Notes under the pieces: model-generated
Seen by the model: the letters and a program-made list of their open reading frames with translations, nothing else
Databases searched by the model: none
What the model was told of the DNA's origin: nothing
Program-made: the position numbers and the translations under genes
Assembly (NCBI GenBank): GCA_010405405.1
Contig: MU004230.1
Coordinates: forward strand, 1,088,627-1,152,626
Source: Microthyrium microscopicum
Taxonomy: Eukaryota
Reading direction: 5' to 3'
Length of the DNA: 64,000 nt
Part shown: piece after piece, positions 29,401 to 39,506 of the stretch
How positions within the stretch are numbered: position 1 is the first letter of the stretch
Layout: the number at the start of each line of letters is the position of its first letter

Positions 29401-31327
29401 GACCATTCGTCATGGCTCGACGTACACGATCAAAGACGTTCTCGTTCGAACTGTCCATTTGCGAGTTTAATCTTCCACCATCTTCTTCAGTGAACTTGAT
29501 GCGAAGAAATCGGTCTTCAATTTCTCGAAATTTACGTAAAACTCGATTAGAGGTCTCCATCACCGGGGATGAAAGTCGGACTGTGGTTGGGGTGAGGGTG
29601 CCCGAGTAGTTAAGAGCACAATACGGAGGTATTTTCTTGAATAAAGACTTTCGAACAGGAGTGAGATCAAATATATCCATTGGGTCGTATACTCGCTTTT
29701 TGTGGTCGGCCACCTTCTCCAGGACCGCTCGAGCTGAGTCTTCACTCAATGAGTTGAGCTTTCGGAGAAAATCTTCTGTCATATTGTGCTCATTCAAGAA
29801 GCCTTGGGATAGGCAAACATCGAGTTGGTAGCGCACGGAAAAGGGAAAGCTGGAGATATCACTACCCATCTGCAGCAATGATTCCGAGTGATGGGCATCT
29901 AAATGATCCCAGATGGTGGATTTGACTTTACTCTTGAAGTTGAAGCCGGTGTTTTCGATGACTCGAATGTTGAAATCTTGCAAAGCGTCTTTCAATTCCT
30001 GGTATCGATAGGTTTGTCGTCCTGAGCCGAAAGTGAAGCGAAGGGTAGTCCAGCGGCCAAGATCAAGGCGAGCAAGTTCATTATGCAATGCAATTGGGGA
30101 CTGCTGCAAAAGGCTCTCATTTTGAGTTGAGACGACCTCTGTTTGGCGATGCCAGCTACTCCAGTCTTTCCATTCACTGTTCTGGTCTTCACCATCGCGA
30201 TTGCTGTGGGTGGCTGCGAGATCATTGGTCTGACGGAAATAATCTGGCGGACTATCGAGGCAGATAACCAAGGCAAAGCCTCCACCTTTTTGATTGATTT
30301 GATGGATTTCTGTAAGCGAGTTGAACTTCATACGAAACCGATAGTTTTTGGCAGATTGTCTATTGGTGTTCATGCCAGGTGTACCAGATTCATCGAAATG
30401 AAAGCGTACGTCAATTTCTTCTCGACGAAGCTTACACTGAAAAGTGAAACCAGAGCCAACGCCTAATGGTTGTATGCTTTCCATTTGCATCATCTCGTTT
30501 GGTCCAGTCATAACCCCAAAGTCAAGCCCAGAAGCAACGAGCGTTGTCAAAGCATTGTGTTTTTTGTTCGGGTTGATGGGGCTAGGAACTTGTTCCTCAA
30601 TTCGAGGAGGAGTAAGTTTGACGTTCAAGGTCAAAGTCTTGAGCTCATTGTCAACCCAAGTCTGGAATCTCACCTGTCTCTCTTCCCAGAAAGCGTATTG
30701 CATAGGAGGGAGATAGGTAATATAAGCGGCTAGTTCTTGTTTGCTGATAGAGATGTTGGTGATAGTGCCATATCGTTCCATGCACTTGTAGATTGGCTGC
30801 GTATCGAACATGCCGGGGGACAGTGGAAATATCTTGACTTTGATCAAATCCCAATTCCGCCATTCATGATGATCCTCTGAACGATATTGGTTCTGGCGAG
30901 GTGGAGATGGATGATAAGCTGAGTATGAGGAGTTCCGTCCCGAGTACTGTGAATTGGCTCGAGTTGACTGCTGCTGGAACTGGCGTGGAGAAGTATTCGG
31001 TCGATTATAACGACCTTGATTGAGATTCGGTGAGACAACGGCACGAGAACTAGAGCTCGTTGATCTGAAGTCTGGGGGTTGACCAGTAAATGGCCTATTG
31101 CGACGATTGGTCTGGGAACCAGGAGTGTCCCGGAAATTTGGCATGGCTGGAAGGATTCGGTTACGCTCTGGCTCGCTAGCGGTCGACGTGGTATTGGTAG
31201 CTGGCATAGACCGACTAGAAGCTGGTGTGGCTGTTCTAACATCGCTCTCAGTGGCCGAGTTATTCATCTGCGCAGGCGTGACCCGTTTGCGAGCGCCCCA
31301 TTCGGCTTTTTTGGATCTGAACGCCAT
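26450..31327 (-). CDS. Cellular RNA-dependent RNA polymerase (RNAi; SAD-1/QDE-1/RRP-3 family), 1625 aa, no intron in the CDS
   Basis: FGNSQFREHS, FTDGVGKIS, QFRIAGCKG, ARNPSLHPGD, CSGGDLDGDDY (catalytic DLDGD), LHSDAVDYAKSG. Confidence 0.96.
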   Translation of the reverse strand: MAFRSKKAEWGARKRVTPAQMNNSATESDVRTATPASSRSMPATNTTSTASEPERNRILPAMPNFRDTPGSQTNRRNRPFTGQPPDFRSTSSSSRAVVSPNLNQGRYNRPNTSPRQFQQQSTRANSQYSGRNSSYSAYHPSPPRQNQYRSEDHHEWRNWDLIKVKIFPLSPGMFDTQPIYKCMERYGTITNISISKQELAAYITYLPPMQYAFWEERQVRFQTWVDNELKTLTLNVKLTPPRIEEQVPSPINPNKKHNALTTLVASGLDFGVMTGPNEMMQMESIQPLGVGSGFTFQCKLRREEIDVRFHFDESGTPGMNTNRQSAKNYRFRMKFNSLTEIHQINQKGGGFALVICLDSPPDYFRQTNDLAATHSNRDGEDQNSEWKDWSSWHRQTEVVSTQNESLLQQSPIALHNELARLDLGRWTTLRFTFGSGRQTYRYQELKDALQDFNIRVIENTGFNFKSKVKSTIWDHLDAHHSESLLQMGSDISSFPFSVRYQLDVCLSQGFLNEHNMTEDFLRKLNSLSEDSARAVLEKVADHKKRVYDPMDIFDLTPVRKSLFKKIPPYCALNYSGTLTPTTVRLSSPVMETSNRVLRKFREIEDRFLRIKFTEEDGGRLNSQMDSSNENVFDRVRRAMTNGLFIGGRRYEFLGFGNSQFREHSAYFFAPQTLSNTTADLIRREFGDMASIRIVSKYCARHGQNFSTTRAISTGVTIKTSLADVNRNDRCFTDGVGKISLFLAKMIAAEFKLPNKINDPPSVVQFRIAGCKGVLAVAPEVQTSEIHIRPSQNKFEGRNLGLEVIRVSQFVSATLNRQIILVLTALGVDGSAFIDMLKSMLADLELAMSDKSVALSLLQKNVDFNQMTIMVAGMVLDGFMDSNDPFLVSVLRLWRSWTVKYLKEKAKIFVSDGSRSTGGCLLGCVDEYGVLDGYYVGRQVPDDASLEERMTALPEVFVQVDDERRGTYRVLNGLVAVARNPSLHPGDIRMARAVDKPELRHLKNVVVFAQTGDRDVPSMCSGGDLDGDDYLVIWDPRLFPKKWNEKPMEYEAQKPRVLDKDVTTNDMIEFFIQYMKNDVLPKIAHAHLAWADQKKDGVMDEKCIGLAKLHSDAVDYAKSGIPAVMERHQQPPKWPHFMEKRYKTKYQTYTSKQILGQLYDMIERVDFEPVWDTPFDERILSAYDLDHDLREKIAAIKVEYDSDIRRIMAKYGIATEYEVFTAFVINHNFEKKDYTFAEELGQIAQSHKDYFREECIRVAGGNEYHLMGPFIAGMYKVTSEEVRSALLECEQTSVNDEGQTMPLRQKTAKDMPLISFPWIFVRELGAIATGQYHQDQKVSILSSGQRRVAKKVVVPVSPTDLQPMFDDGSSDDLRGYPGEVGNDQASEKTVSTPGVMTPSLMSEVNSEEAIAFQKLEKMASDDEQDAMIVASAEGEDVVLLSSASRSVSPQTPSISPMESPESRDLRGGGRSESTGPPSSAGSTTTVLPLNYRHKVMTPTTINTQEEVPDSRPLWVEATNTTSVTTREIGKDIAPYWTQRPSFSLKLDTTSSADTSSNTTKDSTPIEGVSGDEAIAGGAETPSTAETLSQEDSDSDDEPDVWVQEETNGHAKLMALEQRLERLKLSA

Positions 31328-33175
31328 GTCGTCCGAGAATTGATCCTATGTTGAGGTGTTATGGGCAAGGAAAATAACCTACATTGTCAACATTGGTCAC
31401 AATCCATACATAACAGGACGTGAGCCCAAAGTCGAGGCCGGAGTGGACTTACTGCTAGACTAGAAGGGTTGAGGCCGTTAAGGGCTCGAACCGTGATCTA
31501 TAAGTTACGGTTTCAGGAAGGCTGTCCGATTCTGAAGACAGCAGAGGTGATACAGTCAAGTTGCTAGATTGCTAACGCTTCGCATAAGGCCTTGGGAATA
31601 AATGTTGCTTTTGGCCCAGGTTGAAGAAATAGTGTCGAGGATGTCCAAGAAGGATTAGGGGAGACAAGGGATGATCTGGAGTATTTGATTTTAGTTTCTA
31701 ATGTATGAGTGACAAACAGGGGTGCATAACAAACCTGTGAAATCGCTTGATGGTTGGCAAGAGCAACCGACTCAACCTGAGGAAAGAGCCACCTGCATAC
31801 GGTTGACTGCTGACCTGGTTATTTTCTTGACGGGTCGAGATTTTTGAGATTTCTGTGAAGAAATAGTCTATGTTCCAATATTAGAAATGATTCATGTGCT
31901 CTGGTGGGGGCTTTGAGAGGCGGTGGTGAAGTTGGTGATAGACCAGCAGATGGCACCGGCTGGTCCAGAGGCCAAGGGGGATTTGCTTAAAAGCACGTAC
32001 CTGTTTCCGTGCGAATTGTCTGTTATAAAAGACAATGCCTATGGCAAGCCGCAGAATACAGTAAAGGTGATGTTTTCCAAGGTATTAAAGAGGAGGTAAG
32101 CAGGGTTGACAAATGTCAAACTCAGAGAAGCAAAATTGGAAGATGTTGTAAACATGACGGAGGAGTAGAGGTTGCGGTCGAGGAAGGATATCTTAAGTAC
32201 ATGGAATGTTGCACCAAAAGTGAAATGCTCTTGCCTCTTGAGCTTCAGAATATCAGAATGAAGAGCTCAGTAGTTCTGAGGTTGGAGTTCTGAGCGCGTG
32301 CTGTCTTGACTTGATGTGGTAGGAAGTATGGAAAGGAGGGAAGTTGCATGAGACGAGAGAAAGTACTACGTCCAGCAAACGGTAAGAGCAAACTTGAAGA
32401 GCAATGAGACTGAGACTCTATTTTATCAAAAGAGAAGAGGTCACAGGTGAGAAAGGTTCAACGCCTTCAACATCTCCTAATTGTCTCTTGAAATTTGACG
32501 AGTCGCGATAAAAGCGCCACACCGCCCGCGCTCTTCGCACGCGTTCACGTCTCACGGTCTCACCCAGTCTGCAATTCTGAGACTTGAGACCGTTTCCCGA
32601 ATTCGGTAGCTACCCGAATATCCTCATCCTTGCCGGTTGGGGAACTGTTTGGCGGTGGCTGCTAAATCAAAAGGGCATTGCTGGTCGTTGGTTTTGTGCT
32701 GCTTTCATGTGCGTCTGCGGCGCTGAGATGCAGATAAAATTCCCCGGTGCTTTGTGAAATTTCCCCCTATCTCGGACGCAGCAGCAAATCAATTGACCAA
32801 TCAAATAATTATAAATCCCCTGTTTTGCGCGCTAATAAAACCAATTTGCCAGTTACATTTCAGATCTCGCATTCCTGGTTGTAACAGAACATTCTTCCCA
32901 GTTTTGATCATGAAACACGAAATTTTTATTCAGATAGAGTAGTTGTTCCAAACCCTTGATTGTTCTACTTAAAAAGCTGTGCTACTGATCACGGCATTAG
33001 CCCAAAATCTGTCTCGTAATCTCAACCATGCGTGGCCAATCATAATCCGCTACCGCCAGCCTGGTCCATGGCGCTAGCTCGTACAGCCTTATTGACATCG
33101 TGTCCACAAGGCTGAGACTGTGGCTATCGAAAGTCTTTAGACTCCCCTCAATTATCTTCCCATCAGACTCTTGAT

Positions 33176-35622
33176 TCAAACTGGTACGCTCTCAATTGGC
33201 TCCGCTTTTGCTTCAAGCTCTGTCTGACCAGACTTTACTTCCCTTTTTCTTTTCAACTCCTCGTCGTATTTCTTGCCCTCTTCTTTGAGCTTAACATCGT
33301 CCTTTCGGTCCAAACTGATTTGTGGTAAGAGGACCAATGCGGAGAAAAATCCGAAAGCCGAGAGAGCAGCTCCAACGATGAAAATCACGCGGAATCCCCT
33401 TTTGTAAGCATCCAAGAAAACACTTTTGAGATTAACTGGACTGGTGGCGCCGGGCAAAAGGGTGGAGCCGCTCATAACTGCTCCCGGGTTATTGATCAAC
33501 CATTGGATGTCGTTATGGTCAATTCCAGGGTAGCTGGATAGCACTGAGCGCAATTGATTATTTCTTGGCTTGTCAGTGTCTGCTGTCCATGTATGATGAT
33601 CGGGGACTTACAAGATAGTTCCAGCTACTGCAAGACCCAACGTGGCACCAAAATTTCGGATGAAGCTGTCTTAAAGTAAGCTTGGTGCATGCGAGAACAA
33701 GAACTGCAACGTACGTTCGAAAGCAAGTGGCAATTGCCATGTCTTTTCTCGGCACACCTGCTTGCATGGCAATGAGAGATCTTTCTGTGGTCAGTACTAC
33801 TATCAGAAACATATCTGCAAGACATACGGCTGAAGGGTTTGACCAACACCAAAGCCAGTCAGAATTGCATAACCGATTTGTTTGCCCAACCCGGAATGCT
33901 CATCAAGGGTCGAGAATAGGCCAAGTCCCACCGCCCAGACAACCCAACCCAACAGAATGCTTTCCTTTTCAATGTGAGTAGGTAATCCAATTATAGTACA
34001 CGCAGCTTCTTTACTCACTCTGTATCGACCAGTCTTGTGAACGACTAAACCGGATAATGTACTAAAAAGTGCTTGATCTTGGTTAGAAGATCTTCTGATA
34101 TGAATCTGAATAATACGTACTTTGAGTCAACGTGATTGGCAACAGCAGAGCACCAGATTTTATGGCAGAGTAGCCATAAACCAGTTGATAAAAGGTAGGT
34201 ATGTAGTACACCTGTGTGACGAAGTTCCAACCGTTGATACTAGAATTAAGAATCTTAGTATCTGTGCTTTTCAACAGACTCTCTGCTGGGGCTTGGAAGT
34301 CTTACCAGTGGCATATAGAAGCACCACAAACAACCTTGTTCTTGAAGATATAGACTGCGGAATTATTAGAACAGTAGAAAATGCGGAGACATATTCTGAC
34401 CTGGTACAAGTGGAAAAGATGTTCCTTTCCATTGCCATAGTACGAAAGCAGCGCAGGTAACAAATCCTAGAACAAGTGTTGCAATAACGGCGGCTGAATT
34501 CCAGAGCTTCTCGCCCCCGGCCCATGTTAAAGCAAGCTTCTTCGTTAGACTTCTTAATTGGCTGTACTTGAACTTCAGCAACATACCACAATTAGCGTCG
34601 ATCCAGCCAATGCCAGAAAGGCCCCAAGGAAATCAACAGCTTTGACTTTTCTGTCAAAGAACCTCATGTTAGCACATTGTTCTCTTTATATAAACGACAC
34701 ATTGATTCTCACTTCTTCCAGTCTCCCTCAACCTTTTTAAGGGGCATAAACCAGATCACCCCAAGAACAGTTATTGCTGTAAGTGGAAGGTTCAGTCGAA
34801 ATATCCATCTCCTAGATTAGATTTGTTAGTTCTCATAATCGATCCTTAAGTATATCTTGCTTGAAAGTCTCACCAAGAATGTACAGCCAAAGCTCCACCG
34901 ATCACTGGACCCAGTCCGTTACCAAGTGCAACAAACACACCCTCGCAAGTCAGTCACTAGATGATTCTCAGCGCGGAAGTTGATGTACTCACAAATATGC
35001 CTTGATATTTGCCTCTTTCCCTCAGAGTCACAACATCGCTTACTATGGTCTGGGCAATTGACATCAACCCACCACCTCCGACTCCAGTGAGTGCACGAAA
35101 AGCAATCAGCTGGTTTACATTTGTTGCCAGCGAAGATGCCAGAGAACCGAAAAAGAAGAATGCAAAGCCAATAAGCAATACAGATTTGCGCGACCAGATG
35201 TCTGAAAGTCTTCCATATAGCAGCTGCAAAGAAGTAGATGTACTTCACTATCATTAGTAAATGCATGCTGTCATTGTGTTCTTACACTCACATGAAGAAT
35301 CCACCCGCTATCCAAGCTACTTGACTACCTGCACCTAGCGACGAACTCACGATAGACAAACTTGCTGCAAGTGTAGTTTGATCCATCAATGTGATGAAAT
35401 CAATGGTTCCACAAACAATGAATATCTACAAAAGTCAGCAAGTCCAGCCATTTCTGATATACGGGTACTTTTCACCGCTATAACCCTCGCAACTGGTAGG
35501 TAATTGGTTTGATCATTGAACTGATGTTTCTCTGTCACCTCCCCATTGTTTGGGCTCGCTGGTTCTGATGAGTCTGCGGACACCGCTTCATGAATCTGCT
35601 CTTTGGGGTTGATCTCAACCAT
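33176..35622 (-). CDS. MFS multidrug-type efflux transporter (DHA2-like, ~14 TM); many exons
   Basis: MDQTTLAASL, QLLYGRLSDIWSRK (motif A), FRALTGVGGGGL, SDVVTLRERGKYQGI, WIFRLNLPL, GFGVGQTLQP, AYKRGFRVIF. Confidence 0.9.
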
Positions 35623-36461
35623 TCTCGTTGATTGACCTAGCTAGTCGTCAGAAGCGAGGTATGAAACGTTTAGAACACAGTTCTTTATGGTGAAGTTCGA
35701 ACAAAATTTATTTTTCTTCTTAACTAAACATTAACCAGTGAATATTTTCTCCGTTCTCGGACTCCAACACTCCAAATATTTGGTACCAACGTGACTTCAT
35801 GACAAACAAGATATTGATAGACCATGTCGTCAAGAGCTAGAGAGCTAGGAACCAAGACGCACGAACTAAAATATGCGCTCAGCAACGTTTAGGCTTGCCA
35901 TGTCATGGTTACACTGCATGAACATAACAGTAAAGTGGCCGCTCAGCAGGTCTCCAGGGCGGGCCGAAGCGAGGGATTAACCCAAGCATGTACGAGACCC
36001 TGGTTATGGGGAAACCATGCAGAATCGTGAGGATTACCCAGACTTGGCTATGCTTGGTGGTAGCCATGCAATTTCTTAGACCAAGTTTGGGTTCTCCTCA
36101 CAGCGCCTGGTTTAAGGTGGGAGGATCGGCAGAGTGGCCTTGTCGATCCCCTAGTATTTCTACCATAGTCCGACTTCAATTTTCGCTCAATTTCACGCAT
36201 ACTTGCGCACCGGCAGAAAAGACGAGTAATGAAACATATTTGACCAATTTCTGGCCATCTTGTGGTGTTGATCCATGAACTTGTCTCTCGTTAAGCTAAA
36301 GATGGTCACCTATCACGACATTGACTAACTGCTTTCTTGGGTAGTGAGACGGATGGACATTCTACATTGCCATGTAATCCTTGTTTTCTACTGAAATCTC
36401 TGGCTCGATTCGTTAGGATGCCTCTGATGTGCGGGCGACTGGTTCCTCACCCACGAGCTTA

Positions 36462-36480
36462 TTGATCACACCGTGATCAA
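36462..36480. promoter_or_regulatory. Perfect 8-bp inverted repeat (TTGATCAC-ACC-GTGATCAA) in the divergent MFS / cysteine-synthase promoter
   Basis: Seen directly; regulatory function is inferred. Confidence 0.35.
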
Positions 36481-36719
36481 CTCAAGGCATGAAGCACCTA
36501 GACAGAAACAAAAAAATGGGCCTGATGTCCGGAGTCGGAGGATTCTTTGAAGCTGTCGAAGGAATGAACGATTATCTTGATCCTATGCGCTTCGGTAGAA
36601 TTACTTAGGATAGTCAAGAGTCAACCATCTGGACCAAAACTCTTCCAGTGTCCGCAGATACCAGTTTACGATCCCAAAGCAGACAATCCGGAACGATTGC
36701 CAATATCAAATTAGCAGCC

Positions 36720-38553
36720 ATGTCGCTTCATAACCCTTTAAACGTGTACTCTGGCAAAGACTCTCTCAAGAAGTTCTTTGACCCTGATTATGCGCCTCTT
36801 CTGCCTCTCGTGGAAGTTCCAGAAGAGTTCAATCCTTTTGCTGAAGATGGTGTGCGTATTTACGCAAAGCTGATGCAGTGTCTACCAGCAAACAATGTGA
36901 AAGCACTGCCAGGTAAGCGCCTATCTCTGTCTACCTTCAAAGGAGGATACTCACTGTTTATAGCTATCAACCTTCTCGCGGATTGTGTAAAACCTGGGAT
37001 CACGAAAACAGTGGTAGAGTACAGCTCAGGATCTACTGTGATAGCAATGTCCATGATAGGTAAAGTTCATTGCCTCTTTTATTTAGCACTATAACCAACA
37101 GTTCAGCTCGAATCAATCATGGAATCGAGGATGTGCGAGCATTTCTCTCGAATAAGACAAGCGATGCCAAATTGAAATTGATGCAGTTTTTCGGACTGGA
37201 TCTGTAAGTGATAACAAGCATCATGATTCTCGGGAGATACTCATCTATAAAGAACCTTGTTTGCTGGACCTTCTCAGCCCGAACCTTATGACGATCGAGG
37301 TGGCATTCAAATCGCTAGAGCCAAAGCCATCGAAGATGATTCTTGGTGCAACCCAAATCAGTATGAGCATGAAGCAAATTGGCGCGCTCATTATAAATGG
37401 ACTGGACCGCAGATACTTCAACAACTGCCAGACCTTAACGTTCTTTGCTGCGGCGTGGGCACTTCAGGGACCATGACAGGAATAGGAAAGTTCCTAGGAG
37501 AGCAAAAGCCGTCCGTCGTTCGCGTAGGGTAAGTTAAATTTCTTTGGCTGAAAAGCGCACGCTCATAAACTAAGTGTTTTTACCGCTCCCGGGGACCGGG
37601 TACCTGGTCCACGTCCATATATCCTCATGGAGCCTGTCCAATTTCCGTGGCGCGCTGCTATTGATGAAATGGAAGATGTTGGCTCTACGGATTCTTTCGG
37701 ACTTTCGATGAAACTCTCGCGTGCTGGTCTTATTTGCGGTCCGTCTTCAGGATTCAATCTCAAAGGTAAGGTTTCCTTCTTCTTGGGTTCTTGTGTTTAA
37801 CAAAGACTAGGTCTTTGGAAATTCCTCGAGCGACGTAAAGCCGCGGGCACTCTTCGTGATTTGGCTGGACCCAATGGAGAAATCAATTGTGCCTTCATTT
37901 GTTGCGACTTGCCATATCAATACATCAACGACTACTTCACGAAACTGGATGACACCTGGTTTCCTTCTATTACCAACAAACATCTCACCCAGGTTGATCT
38001 CTACAATAATTACGAGGACATTGAAAGAGATCCTACCGGAGCCATTTGGGACTTTTATGAGCTCGCGCACAATTCCGCAGCGCCACTGGCGCTCCCTTTA
38101 GCCCTTCGTGATAATCACACAGTGATTGACCTGCGCACTCCAACAGAGTACGCAGTATCTCATTTGCCAGGAGCAGTGAATATGCCACTTTCCACGTTAA
38201 AGCAAAACAGCCCCTCCCCATTCTTTGACAGTGAATTGATGGCACTACAGTGGCAAGAGCTGGAAGATTTGTATGGAGCAGGTAGCTTGGAATCAGCCTC
38301 TCCTTTAGCAAGAGAGCTGTCAGAGAAGACAAGAGTATTAATCGTCTGCGAAGGTGGCGATACATCTCGAGTAGCAGCTAGTATTCTGAGATCAAAAGGT
38401 GCCAATGCAGATTACGTTAAAGGTGGACTTCGGGCTATTAGCAAATGGCTTTATGAAGAGTTGGGAAACATTTCGGCCAGCGGAAAGGTAAACGGATATC
38501 TTTCAAATGGAACGTCCGTAGCGGTCAAGGAAATATCATTGGAGGCTCGTTGA
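36720..38553 (+). CDS. Cysteine-synthase-like PLP enzyme (fold type II) fused to a C-terminal rhodanese domain, copy 1
   Basis: PLVE..RIYAKL..PANNVKALP (PLP Lys), VEYSSGST, NPNQY, GVGTSGT, GLICGPSSG; rhodanese VIDLR...HLPGAVNMP...IVCEGGDTSR...VKGG. Confidence 0.88.
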
Positions 38554-39506
38554 TCATCTGATATTTCGCCACACTCTCACTACCTTTCCTTTGAAGAATT
38601 CCTATAGCAAGTAATGATAGATACTCTAGCTGCCTAGCTCATTTGCATGACTTTCTAGACTTTTTCGAGAAGCCGAGCTAGCCACCGGATAGTGATAATA
38701 TATTTTCGTACCTCTGTGGTCGTTCCATTTGAAGACTAGAATCTCCAAGTACGAGGTCTCTCAAAGCTCGAGGCTGAACCAGCACAGAATACTCAAACGT
38801 AACTGGGATATCGAAATAAGCTCAGGACCGCAGGTGTCTTGTTTTCTCGGCGCTGATCTTGACAGGTCTGGTTAGAATACTTGCTCAAGTCGAATAAATC
38901 TCTCCAGTAGCCTGGTAATAACGTGCGCGCATGAGGTCGCATACGTGGTCGCATAGTTCGGGAGGAACCACACTGTGCAGGTATGACCCATCTTGATGTG
39001 TGGTTCTTGGTATGAGTTTGTTCCATTAGAGAGCTTCACCCTGACTCTTGCTATACGAGTACCTTGCTGAGGCACGTTGAGAAAGCTGCTCATCTGCATC
39101 TGCATTGCAGTCAAGACCAGCATATCATGAGCAGGCTCAATCAGATGCTTTGAACAGAATTGAGGAGCTCTAAATGATACAAGCATTTTTTCAATTCGTC
39201 ATACGACAGGTGTGTCGCTAGAGATCCATCACTGCAAGAAAGACCCGGATGAGTTAGGAAGTACAGCCATGTGAACAGAATAAACATCTGGGGGACTGAA
39301 TCGGCAATTGAATTTTGGAGCCGCTTTCCCAGATTGACTGAAGTAATTGGTTGCCTGACCAATACCGCCTCGTAATATTCTCAATGCTTTGACAATGGCT
39401 AAGCTTTGAGAATTGAGTGGTTTATCGCAGATATATCAGAGCACTGCCAGGACTTTGACGTAGATCTTGGTATTCAGTGTCATAACTAAGAAGACAGGAA
39501 GTCAAA

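Noticed and set aside
26450..31327. Intron-free RdRP as an endogenous viral polymerase
   Set aside because: DLDGD double-psi-barrel signature of cellular RNAi RdRPs; no viral GDD palm motifs or capsid gene seen
31470..31520. GGTTCGAGCCC on the minus strand resembling a tRNA T-loop/B box
   Set aside because: No complementary T-stem, acceptor stem or cloverleaf could be built
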